Below are positions 14,231 to 26,553 of a stretch of DNA of 64,000 bases, in pieces (position 1 is the first letter of the stretch; each line of letters begins with the position of its first letter). Below the pieces are notes generated by a model. That model was not told the DNA's origin. It ran no database searches and worked only from the letters and a program-made list of their open reading frames with translations. The stretch lies in assembly GCA_965655095.1 (NCBI GenBank), contig OZ296648.1, forward strand, positions 129,394,001 through 129,458,000, in the 5' to 3' direction. This stretch comes from Haplodiscus bocki. Taxonomy: Eukaryota. The translations under genes and the position numbers were made by a program.

Positions 14231-15011
14231 GGGTTGACGTCCCAGATGTAATCAGCGCAGAGCAACGCTGATTCAGAGATTTGACGTCTTTTAGAACTGC
14301 TTAGCGTTGATTCAGAACTGATCAGCCGTCATTTTTTTGAATCAGTGCTGTTCAAAACCGAAAAATTCAGCACTGATCAGCGCACCCTGCTGACATTTTT
14401 AACTCTGAAAAATAGAGTTTTCAGCACTGAAGAGCGCTGATTTTCTCTGAATCAGCTTTTGTATATACACATGTTAATGAGAACATCAAAATTTGATAAG
14501 GTAGTCAAAAAATGTTGAAAAGGCATAAAGTGGTTTAATGACCCCCGTATTTTAAAAATGTGACTTTCGGCAATTTTCTTTCCGCAAATGACAGCATACA
14601 TTCAATTTTTCAGAGACATTTTCAAAAGTTCCTCCAACTAAACTGAAAAGTGCTAGAATAAATCTGAATTGTATAAGTGCTGCAACTTTAGCAGTCTCGA
14701 AAAACCCAAAAAAAATTCAGTTTTAGTTATGTCGATGGCGCTAAGAAATTTTTTTAACAACCATTTTTTGTAATGTTCACTTCTTTTCCTAAATGTCCGC
14801 TGAAAATCAGAATTCGGTTACTCAAATTTGTGGTACTTTGAACTATTTCGAAGAAAATTGAAAAATCAAGAAAAAAATTATTCTGCGACTGAAAAAATCA
14901 GCGCTGCTCAGAGCTTTTCAGTAATGTACAGCGCTGAAACAGCGTTGGTCTTGACTGATAGTTTCTGATAAAAAGTTGATCAACGCTAAAGTTCTCTTGA
15001 GACTTCAGCCC
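14231..15011. mobile_element. MITE-like element with CAGCGCTG subterminal arrays
   Basis: Ends GGGTTGACGTCCCAGA / TCTTGAGACTTCAGCCC; same family as the copy at 62945. Confidence 0.7.
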
Positions 15012-15876
15012 CAGTCATTAATAAAACAGATCTTCACTATAAAGGCGTGCTATTTTCACTTCTTGGAAATTTACAAATTCTTTCCTCGTCTCATAGCCAG
15101 CACGTTGTAAACTTTTAAGGTTAGCTTGTTAAATGGAAACTGCAGCAACCGAAGATAGGCAAAAAGCCGCCACTGCTGATTTTTGCTTCAACAGTTTGTG
15201 AAACGGAAAATCGAAAAAAAAGTACCAAAAGTATTTATTTTAATATAATATAACTCGGAATCGAGTGAATTTCCCGAAAACTCAGCCGAAAAGGGTTTCT
15301 GCAAATTTCGCAGCCGTAGAAGCAAAAAAAATACAATAAAAATTGAAAAATCACAACATTTTTTCGTCGGCGCTTTTACTAAAATGTGAAAGTGCCTGAC
15401 TATTACAGTGACTTTCCTTCTTATTTTTTTGTTAGACGCTTTCATGTGTTGGAATCGGTCCAATTTTAGTCTAAAGTTCACGAATTTTTGAAACGCTGGA
15501 AAAGCTTGCTTAAAGAGGCCCAAATTCTGCATGATAACGCTACGGTGTTACAGGCACTGTGAGACAAAGTTGTTCGGGAATACTATTCGAAAATTTTTCG
15601 AGATACCCATCCTACATGGATAACATTTTTTAAAACGTCAATACCAAAAATGCTTGTGATACCACTCGCAATTCGCGAATACTCAAGAATTCCAAAAAAA
15701 AACGATTATCAAGTGTTTTCATCAAAAGTTTCCATGATACCCCCTTTGCAAAGTCAAAAAGCACCCAATAAAAATTTTTTCTACTTCCGAGTTTGCCAGT
15801 TAGAAATTAAAGTTTCAAAAATTCCTATGCAAAATAAATAGGCGCTGAAAAACTTTGGAAAAAAGATCGTGATATT

Positions 15877-16070
15877 GAGTTTGACATTTTTTTTCGGAAA
15901 ATCATTTTTCAAACTTGAAAAGCTTCCTTCCCACTAGTATTTTGAGCAGACGTGGGTCGATTCCGGCTTGTTTTGAAATATGAATGGTTTTTGCTTCAGT
16001 TTTGGCCAATGAAAAAAGATTGGCCTTCAAAGAACTATCGATTTCGATGTTTTTTCACAGGGTTTTCAGG
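15877..16070 (+). repeat. Dispersed repeat, second copy at 18520-18713
   Basis: gagtttgacattttt...ttcaaacttg..aagctt.cttcccactagtattt.gagcaga occurs at both loci. Confidence 0.8.
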
Positions 16071-18243
16071 GCAATTAACTTGGTATCACATACAAACAAA
16101 TCCATGCTCTGCACCTCACACCGAACTTTCAAAAAGCAAAGAATTGCTTTTTTAGATAACTGAAAACACAAAAGTGTTTTTCTAAAGAACGATGAAGTCT
16201 CATATTAAGTCAAAATAAATTGTTGCTTGGATGCAACGTCAAATTCCCATTTTTTTGTTGTTTGTTCCTTTTTGAGAATTTAATTTGGTGTGGTGGTAGC
16301 AAAAGAAGCAAGGAGTTGAAACTGTTTACAATTTTGCGCTCGGGGCCCATGCTTGACATTTTGAATCAAGTAGTTGCTGTATAAAAAGGAACCTATATTT
16401 ATCTAGCATAACCTTGATAAGGTCTTTCTGACACCTTATCTTGATCTAACACCTTCATCTTTTCATACCATAGTTTGAGCTTTTACGTTCTTTTTTTGCT
16501 CGTCCCAAATTAGTACCTGAAAGTATTTGAGAAAAATTCCTTAAAATGGATATTACAGAAGTCACAGAATTGTTCATAGAATTCTTCTCGGGTGAAATGT
16601 TGAACTAATTCATCTCTCTTTAAAAATTGAACTTTTTTTAAATTTCTGCTTTGCCTAGCTAGCTATCATGCTTTGGTTCAAAAAACTTTTTCTTGTCAAA
16701 TGTTAAGATTGTCTGCTTAGTTTATTTTTAAAATAGTTACAGATTTTCAGAGCATTTTCAAGAAATTAGTCGAAGAACGATTTGAAGTCAATCTTAACAA
16801 TTTTCAGGAAGCCTTCAGTTATTTATTATGATCAGATAATTCAAATAATTCATTTGGACATAGTTTGTAGCACCAATTTTTAAAGTCTTACAAAGTTCTC
16901 AAAGATTTATATAAATGCTCAATTACAGCAAAGAATAAACTACAAGTCCCAAAGTCTCTGTCCTAGAGAAGCCATTTAAAATCAGAATTCGTCAAACGTC
17001 TTGAATACGTTGGGTTTTCCTAAAAGCAGAAGACGGATAGGAAACCCAGGGCGGTTATCAGGTTTTGCGTCTGGACATTACGTTCATTCTGGATTTGTTG
17101 TTTGTGGCAAATTGTTCACTCAAATGCAAAAGTATTTTCAAGTGCAATTCAAAAACATACCCTTAGTACATAGATCTTTTTAGCAGCAACTATCAACTAC
17201 AGAAATATGGAAACACACGACGCCCCGCTATCTGCGGGATATTTTCCGCAGATTTAGAATTAACACGAACCTCCACTTCTTGCGGCACCCCAGCTCACTA
17301 CTTTTATACTCTCATCAGGCCTTATAAGAAGTATACATTAACCTCTAAGCCATCTAGCCCAATCCTGAATTTCCAGATTGGAATAGTCTATTCTTATTGG
17401 CTAAAAATACGCAAGGCTTTCATGTCTCGTCCAATTCAGAATTGAGTGTTTGATGACGTCATTTTTTAGAGTGACAGTCTTCCGGCACTTTTGCCTCAAC
17501 CAATCAGAGTCAAGTATTCGCTGACGGTGGATAGGTTGTAAAAAAACTTGAAACTTGAACGTTGAACGAATGATTTTCCTTCCAACTATTAAAAATTGCG
17601 CGGAAAACAAAAAAATTACCATCATTATAGACACTTCCGTGGTTTCCAGATTTTGAATACTCTGGATAACCGATAATCGAGCATATGGATAATTGATAAT
17701 TGAAAACTTCACCGTTCGGATAATCAACAGTCCAAATTTTTGGGTGCCTAAGTATTCGAGGATCTTGACAACCCAGTATTCACTCTACCATGTTTTTAGT
17801 TTACCTTGACAAAGAGAGCTTAATGTTTTGAAGTTATTCAGTAGTACAGTCATGCCAAAATTGCGTTCATTATTCCGGCAAGTTAAAGATTATGGCATAT
17901 ATAAATGTAAAGATTGGCTAGACGTAGAAAAAAAAAGAAAACAAGATAGCAGACGAACGGTCAAAGCAATCTAGGTCTCAGACTCTTCCAAATCAGGGTT
18001 AGTAGCAAAAAACCGAGTGTTTCCCGTTGAAAAATAACCGAATACAGTGACATAACAACAACCTACAGGATAAACTACATCTGATTGAATTGAATCAAAC
18101 AAATTATTTGCTGGCATCGCGAAAGCCAGTAAGATATCTGAATATTGTAACTGGAGTTTGTTGGGTTTGTACAGAGACCTTTTTAATGTTGAGTTTCCAC
18201 ACAGACCTTTTTAAAATAAAAAAACTGCATTGGAACAGATTTA

Positions 18244-18512
18244 TTGAAACAAACGTCGGAAGGCTACGAAGAAGTTGCCAAAAAGCCGACTACAAGATGG
18301 GAAGCACTATTGGCAGAAAACCGAATAGTAGTACAAAAAGTTTTGCTGCAAACGTTGAAAAAACTACCACAATTTGGACACCGGGGCATTAACAAAATAT
18401 GCCAAGAGGCTCTTATCTTCCGGCGGTTTGGGATGCGGAAAAATATTGGAATCAAAGCAAAAAATTATACCGCTTACATGAGTGCTTGTATAAATTTAAC
18501 ATGTCAAATTGC
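18244..18512 (+). pseudogene. Gypsy integrase zinc-binding-domain remnant
   Basis: LLAENRIVV...QFGHRGINKICQEALIF..GMRKNIGIKAKN resembles LLIAVDKIVLP...FGHPGSTKMLAEANIFWWAGMR of the second element. Confidence 0.7.
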
Positions 18513-21500
18513 TGAAACCGAGTTTGACATTTTTGTCGGAAAAGTATTTTTCAAACTTGCAAAGCTTACTTCCCACTAGTATTTGGAGCAGATGTGGGCT
18601 GATTACGGCTGGTTCTGAATTTGAACGGTTTTTTTCTTAATTTTTTTTCCACTGAAAATAGACCGGTTTTCAAAGAATTATCGTTTTCAATGTTTTTTCA
18701 CAGGGTTTCCATGGCAGAAATATAAGTATAATAATTAATCATATTCGATTACTAAAGTTAAAAAAATGTGCCTAAGAGGGAACAATCACATCAGATTCAG
18801 TAGAAAACGGAACGCAAAAATTGATTTTGAATGCAGCACAGCAATTCTTCATTTTGCCATAGGATTGTTTGAGCAGTCAATCCAACCAATGGAAAAACTT
18901 GATTTATAGATTTGGAAAACAATTTGAGTTCACGCTATAGTTTGGACAGAGCACTGGAAAGTACGCTAGTTAAGGTGCATATAGAGCTCTAAAAGTTGCA
19001 AGTTGAATTATTTTTCAGACGCAAGCCACACACCGTCATAAGTAGTTTACTTAACCAAATACCGAGTAAGAGACTTGTGTTTTCTTAAAAAGAATCTCCA
19101 GTATAGATTGAAAGAAACAATGCAGGCAAGATCACTGAATATATCATAATGATGAAAAAACAGCTGGCACAAGAATAGGGCATACAGCGGAATGGACGAT
19201 CCAACGGAAGAGCCCTGCTTTTTCGTGAGGTAAAAGTGGTATATTTGGCGATTTTTCATATTTCTTGATAAAAAGTCAAAAGATTTCATTATGGGGCAGC
19301 AAATTTTCAAAGCGTCTATAAACACCGCTATCAAGTACTAATCATATGGTGGCAACGGTGAAAAATAGTCTTCAACTCCGTATAATAAAATCTACTCTGG
19401 TTTTCAAGTAAAAATTGCCGAAGAAATTGAAAACATGGTCAGATAACAAGCCGTCAACGTCTGCACCTGACAACAACAGTAACAACAATTTACAAATGGA
19501 TGAACCCCAACGAATTCATGGGAATATGATCGGATAAACAAGCGGACTTGAGAATCGGTGCTGATGAAGACTTTGATTGCTCATGAGGAATGCCTATGAG
19601 AACGTTTCCAGAAGACGATGTGGTGGCTATTACCAATTTCAAGAGATTAAAATGAACCGAAGTCACCAAAGTCGTGTACTGAAACGATAAAAAACAAGAC
19701 GGCGGGCTACCACCGGCAGATTTTGCGCCATCCCATTTTCGTAAAGAAGGCTTTTAAAAAGAAGAAAACGTTTTTGTCTCGAAAAAATACGCTTTCTTTA
19801 TCATATTTTCTAATTTTTCCAAATGTTAAAAATTTTCTGATTTTTTGCCAAAAAACCTGATAAGGTGGAAAAGACATTTTCATGAAATATTACCAATTGA
19901 GACGCGTTCTACAGCAAATTTGCCACCTTTAGCGATTTTGAAAAAAAAAATCAAGATTTTTCTTCAAAAAGCCAAAAAGCCCATCTGTTTCTCCAAAAAA
20001 GACCCAAATTTTGAACATCTTGATAAATCTTACTGTTTTAGTCGCATTCTACGGCAAATTTGCTACAATGTGGTGAAAAAATTTTACGTTCAAAAACGTG
20101 AACAAACGAACAAACTGCCGATGTGGCGTGAACGGAATTGGCAAACATCGGGTAGAAAAAACGGCTGATATGGCCCATTTGAGCGCAAGATTTTGCTTCC
20201 ATATTATATAATATAGCGCAAAATAAAAAGAAATAATTGATTGGGAACAATCAGAACCGTAAAATAATGGAATCAACCGTAGATTTCAGAAAAGAAGAGA
20301 GTTATCAGAACCATAGGATAGATGCGATGCAGAGATATTTACGAACCGTTACTAAATGGTTTTTGTATCTTTTTAGATATTATAGGAATTGTGTGGACCG
20401 CTTATGAGAAAAAAAGAGGATCTGGCTAAATAAAAGTCTCTTTTAAAAAACGGACAAGGGGAATGTTGTGATGGCATGAAAAAGAGCAATTGCTTAGTAT
20501 TTTTTAAGCCTTCACAAAGTAGAAATTAACGAAAGCAAATTATTTTTTGTTTCTCAATTAGCTAATTGAAGTACCCAAGATACAGTCGATCAAAATACAT
20601 TATTAGATACAATTTATCCCATTTATCACACTTACATCGTTGTTATTTTTTCTTCAAATGGTCTTCCGTCGATTGCGTAAACAATCAAATGAATTGTGCC
20701 TACGGAATTTATTACGTAGGCGTGTCAAGTAAATTGCTAAGTGATTCAATTTTATAGCAGCACTGAGGCAAGTACCGAATTGACACTCCGTCACGTTCTT
20801 TTCGCTTTACCCTAGCTCAACTTTGCCTATTTCATTGGATTTCATTAGCTATACCAAACGATCAAGGAGGTTCGGTGTGTCTTACTGTCCTACTCGCATG
20901 CCACAACTGTGAAGGGGCGCAAAAATCGCAGTTGGGACAAAGTTATGCTTTGCTTCACAGCTTTTTGACGTCATCAAATCCAACTTCATGTCTTGTATAT
21001 GAGCTGGTATAAAACTTTAGACTACCTTCCCGGTTGGAAGTCTTGAAGTCTTGGCTGACTGGCCGTTTGTGGAACAACGTCAGATTGTGAAGGTTGATGT
21101 TGTTTCTGCGCCGTTGATTGCAACCGACTTTTCAGAAATGAGCATATAAAGTAGGTACATAAGTGGAAGCACGTACACAAAGTATATAGAAAACACAAAA
21201 GTAATCACCGAGGGACTGAAATTCGATTTAATAAATATTAGCTAGACCTCAAGACATTATCTGCGTACAAGCTTCTGCGCTTTCTCATGCGCAGAATATA
21301 GAAATGGAATTATTTTAGGATTTCAGATTCGATCAATCAATTTCAGAGGTTTTCGGGTCGGAATAGGTTGTTGTTGTCAATTTGCACTCTGGATTTTTTA
21401 AACGTTTCCGATATGCACAGCAAAAAATGACGTTTATGCTGGATTATTGTCTGGAAATTTAATAGTTGAACTCAAAGAATTACTTGGACAGCAAAAATTA

Positions 21501-22288
21501 GGTCAGAAAATTTTTTCTCAAACTTGAAAAGTTAACTTCGCGATGAGATAACGCGATCCTGACCGGAAGATCTGGTTCGATATCACGAACGAGATTCCGC
21601 AAAATTTTCACCGCTAAAAACCCGAGCATCAGGAGCCAGCGCAAAGAGACTGAAATTTTCGCAAAATTTCAATTTTGAAAGAATTTTGGAATTGCTTAAG
21701 GTACAACATCGACTGAAATGCGGCTCTATTTGGATCAAATTAAATTGTGCGAAGACTTGTCCGTTTGCCAAACCGTACGGTTGCGCAAGGCAATATGAAA
21801 TGAATTTTAGAAATGTTCACGGTGTTATTCAACAGTTTACAAATGGTTATTGTGCAAAAACTCACTCTACCATATAAGTAATGCTTCTTTTTCGATTTTT
21901 TTAGTCAATAATTCTGTGAAAAAAAAAGAATCAATTTTTGTAAAAAATCGTTTTAAACATGAAAAGTGTCGTGAATTTTAAACCTGGCTGGCTGTATCAA
22001 CGAGCCGTATGCACGTCCCTTTTTCGCGCCTTAAAAAAACCGGTAGTTACCATGTTTAAGAAGCTGACGTTTTGTTTCCCTGGAAAAAACAGCAGCTGTT
22101 GAAAACGTCCTGCTGAAAACAGCAAGTCGAGAACGGCCAAAGTCGGCGCCGCCGTCAGTTTCAAAATTTTCATGGACTCTTTTTTAGATTGGTTTTTTGA
22201 CGGACGTTTTTGTTCAATTATTTATTTTGGACTATTTTTGGTAAAATTGGTTTATGAGAGGAGAGGGCTATTTAAAAAGATGTGGTGG

Positions 22289-24858
22289 TGTCGCGTTATA
22301 GCTAACGCTTAAACAGATATATTATATTTCTTAAGAACATGCAGTAAGCTATTAAACAGGAAATGACTAATGTATAACAAAAGAACTGCAGACGGTATTG
22401 ACTAACCTGGGAGCTGCTGGAGGAATGAAAAAACGCGCAGTGTAAAAGAAAGCTGAAGAATTGGAATTGCACAAAGGGGAGGAAAAGGAAAATTTCTAAA
22501 AGCGTTGGAATGTGGTTCAACACGATTGGCTTGTACGGTCACGTGATCGGTGACGTAGTATAGCTTCATTTTGGAGCTGGTACGGGAAAGCGGCTCGATC
22601 ATTACTTACTTACTCGATTACCGGACGGCGGCCATACTTTCCCTTTCTTTTACTCCTTTTCCTTTTTACCTTGCTTTCTCTTCCTTCTTGCTTGGTTAAA
22701 ATTAATCTGAATTCTCTTCCTTCTTTCCTCGGACGGAAATATTCTAAGACACTTCCAAATTTGTCTTAGCCGCAAATTCTGCTTACAGAGTCAACCTACT
22801 CGTTCTCGATTTCTCAACAAATGATCCTATTGGCTCTCGCCAAAACTGAAAAATACGTGAGCATTCGAGTGAAAACACCCAGCGCACAACCATAATATTC
22901 ATTCGCTTGCTACCACCAACTACCCTACTTCCCACATCTCACACCTAACTATTCAGGAAATCTCTTCACTTTTCTTCCACCAGCAAGCCCGCAAACCATC
23001 AGCACCCGAAAATGTTCAAAGACTTTTTCGCCTGCAGAATTGTCTTAGCCGCAACTCACCAATATCCCGGAATTATTCAAAGACTTTCCCAGCAACAGCA
23101 ACCAGCAGCAGCAATCAGCAGCAGCGACCAGCAACAGCAATCAGCAGCAGCGACCAGCAACAGCGATCAGCAGCAGCAACCAGCAGCAGCAACCAACTGC
23201 AGCAATCAGCAGCAGTAACCAGCAGCAGCGATCAACAGCAGCAACCAGCAACAGCGATCAACATCAGCAACCAGCAGCAGCAACCAGAATTCGTCCTAAC
23301 AGCACCACCTATACGATCAACGCCGGCATCTGTTAGTTATCACTACGGTTCCTAGCCTAGCAGAGGATATCCCGCTAGCAGTTGACCTAGGTTTAGCTGC
23401 CCGGTAGTGGAGTGTAATCACCGCACCGAGGCCCATTTTTGTTACTTTTCCCCTTTTCTAAAATCCCTTTTTGTGACTTTTTTCCCTTCTTGCTAAGACT
23501 TAGAACTGATTGGTAAAAATAAAACACATAATAATCACGACCAGTTGACAGTCCTTATAACTTATGTCCTGGTCGCAGAAAAAAGAGAATAAAATTTAAT
23601 TGCTGGTGTCCCGTGGGTCCAGACTGTATCGGCAGGTGACTAAAAACCAGCTTGAAGATTACGACTGGACGAGTGGAACATCCATACGGTGGTCTTTTTT
23701 TATATTAAGGGTAGTGTAAAATGCATTCAAGGTAAAATCCATGTAATTTGATCTCCCTTTCTCTAAACACTGGCCTATCCAGCTTGAGAATAAAACACGG
23801 ACTAGGAGTTTTAACCCGTTAGCCTAGAAATCTAGAGAAAGACGTGGTTTAGCTAAACGTAAAACAAACCGTAAAATGACTGGCTAAAAAAGGCAACTAG
23901 ACAAGACGGAAAATGTACATCACCCGCACTAGTCAAAAAGTAAAATGGTATATGTCTTTGCTCTATTCACAGACTTTCCAGGTTCAACAGCAGCTATTGT
24001 GGATAATGGTCGGCTTTAATTTTAATATTTTATAATTTTATAATTTATTGGAATTAAAATTTGAATAGTCCAAGATTCTAATTGTGATAATACAGTTTAT
24101 AACTCAATTGGACTGAGTTGAACGAGTCCAATTTCTATCTATGATTTATAGTTTCTTAATTGATTTCAAATCAATTATTTCAACTTTTATATTTGAATTT
24201 ATAATTTTAATTCAGACTAAATTAAAGTAGTCTGAATTAGTTGATGTTTATTACATTTTCACTCCTAAAGTGGAATTAACTCAACGTTAATTAATTTTCG
24301 TAACAGTTTGTGGCATCCCCTTTTCAACTCCTCGTTTAATCTTCTGACTTCTCGTTGAATAAAATTTGGTAACTTCACTAAAGTCACGGGTTAAATTTAC
24401 CTAGAATTTGATAAGATTGAAATGTTGAAATTTTATATAAATTGCTATGCTAATGTTGATAGAAATTAAAAGAGAGAAAGTCAAAAAAATATACTGTAAC
24501 TGTATTGCGTAAAATTTAAGACCTTGTGGCAATTTTCCGTGTGCTATCCCGCACTTACAGCCTCCGACAAACCTGAGTAATTTCCTTTTACGTACGTGCA
24601 GTCATATTTCCTTCAGCAATTCAACATACTGAAATACGTTCACTGATAATTTAACTTTCCTTTGTATTATTCTCCACTATTAGCTCACAAGTCCTTGCTT
24701 GAATACAGGCAATCCCTTTGTTCGCACAGTTATGCAAGGCATACTAAATTGAGACTTAAAAAGACTAGCCGTCGCTACAACGCAGCAGTGCTGACTGAGT
24801 CAACCGCTAGCACAACTAAGTAAATATTAGATTTTCAATACACCTACCACGTGCGACA
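22289..24858 (+). repeat. 5' LTR (2570 bp)
   Basis: TG...CA ends with 6-bp inverted termini (TGTCGC/GCGACA); direct repeat of 40454-42972. Confidence 0.95.
23090..23286. repeat. Imperfect CAG/CAA trinucleotide microsatellite in the 5' LTR
   Basis: Run of cagcagca(a/g)c units; a shorter counterpart sits in the 3' LTR. Confidence 0.9.
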
Positions 24859-24861
24859 AAC

Positions 24862-24880
24862 TGGTGCGACCAGTGGGGTT
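24862..24880 (+). promoter_or_regulatory. Primer-binding site, tRNA-Leu-like
   Basis: TGGTGCGACCAGTGGGGTT starts 3 nt after the 5' LTR. Its complement AACCCCAC-TGGTCGC-A-CCA reads as T-loop/T-stem CCCAC, acceptor strand, discriminator A and CCA, as in tRNA-Leu. The isoacceptor identity is inferred. Confidence 0.8.
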
Positions 24881-25430
24881 TTTGAAAGAACTATAATTGT
24901 GAAGTGTCAAATAATCCTTTCTACACTTTCCCAACCTGGTCATTTCTAATTTTCAGCTTAATCCCGATATTGAGTGCTTTCATTTCATTCATTACAGGTG
25001 CTTCATTTGGTATAATATTTGACTGGGTCTATGATTTTAGCCGGAGCATTTTCTACTCCAACCGACAAAGAATCTAACCCCATGAAGTATTTCATCGAGT
25101 TTGAACCCTCCAATTGAGCTTTACCCCTGTTTTCTATGAATCAATTCAATTTTTGAGGAGATGAATCAAGATTTAATAATTTATTTATATTTAACGCTTT
25201 TAATAGTATTGGTTTTATTGCTAACTCCTCCCCTTTTGGCTGCACTTTTCGAGTTTGACGACACTCTGAATAACAGAAACTCTACTGGTTGGATATGAGA
25301 GGAAACATTGTGCTTTTCCTATATCTCCTGCTGATTCTCTTATTATCTCTACTCTTGGGACCCAACTATATTCTTGCAGTAATTGAACTTGGGCAAACCT
25401 TGAACAAGCATTCTGACGAATAACTGATTA

Positions 25431-25787
25431 ATGGCTCTGGAACTTGGAAAGGATCCTAACCACCACTGGTATTTCTTTGAATTCAACGAATTGAAACCTA
25501 TTTTTCTTTTCTGCCCGTGGACGTTAGAAACCACAACTGAACAATTGAAAGTGATAATAACGAGGATTGATTTCACTCTCAAAAGACAGTTTCGACTCCG
25601 ATTACAAGTTTATCCTGAAGAAGAACCCCTATTCAGTAATTTCATTACATTGACGAGATTCCACGAGCATTTTGCCTCAGCACTCGCCGCTATTCAACAT
25701 TATTACAATTTTCCTGAACTTGGGTTTTCCGAATTGGATCTAATAGTTATCAAATCACTCCTAACTGACCCAGTGGTGAACCAATAG
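25431..25787 (+). CDS. Accessory ORF A1 (118 aa), unknown function, paralog of A2/A3
   Basis: ATG-initiated open frame between PBS and gag. It shares the pattern CPWT...IIT..F...V(Y/H)P....S..I...H....FPE with the next two ORFs. Confidence 0.7.
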   Translation: MALELGKDPNHHWYFFEFNELKPIFLFCPWTLETTTEQLKVIITRIDFTLKRQFRLRLQVYPEEEPLFSNFITLTRFHEHFASALAAIQHYYNFPELGFSELDLIVIKSLLTDPVVNQ

Positions 25788-25830
25788 ATAACCTCAATAG
25801 TACACTATATTAAATTCTTGTTACAATCTG

Positions 25831-26184
25831 ATGCCCCAAAAAATTGAGAGTTCGATAACGCATTTGGACGAGCTACCCGACGAAGAGTGCAAACATATTC
25901 CACTAAATTGCATCTGGCCTATCACCCCCCAAGACACGAATCTAACGGTCATCATAAACTGTTTAAAATGGACCTTCAGTTTTGAACTTTGTGTACGAGT
26001 AACAGCCTATCCATTGGGAACACCAAGCATTTCTAAGCGAATAGACATAGACGATCATCATCCTCTGCTTAGATCGTTAACCGATGCACTCCATTTATAC
26101 CAAGCTTTCCCCTAACCTCATTTAATTTCCCATCAACTCGAAAACTTGGAAGATCTAATGGAATATCTGCATTTCAAATTCTGA
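25831..26184 (+). pseudogene. Accessory ORF A2 with one nonsense codon, paralog of A1/A3
   Basis: MPQKIE...CKHIPLNCIW...WTF...VTAYP...ISKRIDIDDHH. TAA at 26113-26115 replaces the Glu of A3 'PEPHL', and the frame continues PHLISHQLENLEDLM to TGA at 26184. Confidence 0.8.
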
Positions 26185-26192
26185 AAAATTAA

Positions 26193-26534
26193 ATGCCACA
26201 AAAAAATGAGGACCTTCTAACAAATTGGGATAATATCGAAAAAGAATGCCAACATGTTCCACTGACTTGTCCGTGGACCATTACTTGCGAAGGCGGAACC
26301 CTAGCATTCATCATTACGAGTTTGGAATGGACTTTCAACTATGGCTTTTGGATAAGTGTGACTGCCCATCCAAAAGAAAACCCAAATATTTCGAAACAAA
26401 TAAACATAGACAAACATCACTCTTTACTTGAATCTCTATCAGAGGCGCTAAACGATAACGTGAAACTTCCTGAACCCCATTTGAACTCCCACCAACTTCA
26501 TATTCTTGGAGAATTACTAGATTTCTTCTTCTGA
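26193..26534 (+). CDS. Accessory ORF A3 (113 aa), paralog of A1/A2
   Basis: MPQKNE...CQHVPLTCPW...WTF...VTAHP...ISKQINIDKHH...PEPHLNSHQL aligns end to end with A2. Confidence 0.8.
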   Translation: MPQKNEDLLTNWDNIEKECQHVPLTCPWTITCEGGTLAFIITSLEWTFNYGFWISVTAHPKENPNISKQINIDKHHSLLESLSEALNDNVKLPEPHLNSHQLHILGELLDFFF

Positions 26535-26553
26535 GAAGATATAAACCCCTAAA

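Noticed and set aside
19348-19740. PBS-like TGGTGGCAACGGTG, and CTGATGAAG at 19561 as a possible hammerhead core
   Set aside because: No matching LTR pair, and no closing GAAA or stems for a ribozyme.
22302-22602. Minus-strand ORFs repeated at 40539-40760
   Set aside because: The similarity only reflects the LTR duplication, and the frames are not preserved.
23012-23218. PolyQ/polyA ORF (and 41221-41523, 41127-41360)
   Set aside because: A by-product of the CAG microsatellite in the LTR; frames differ between the two LTRs.
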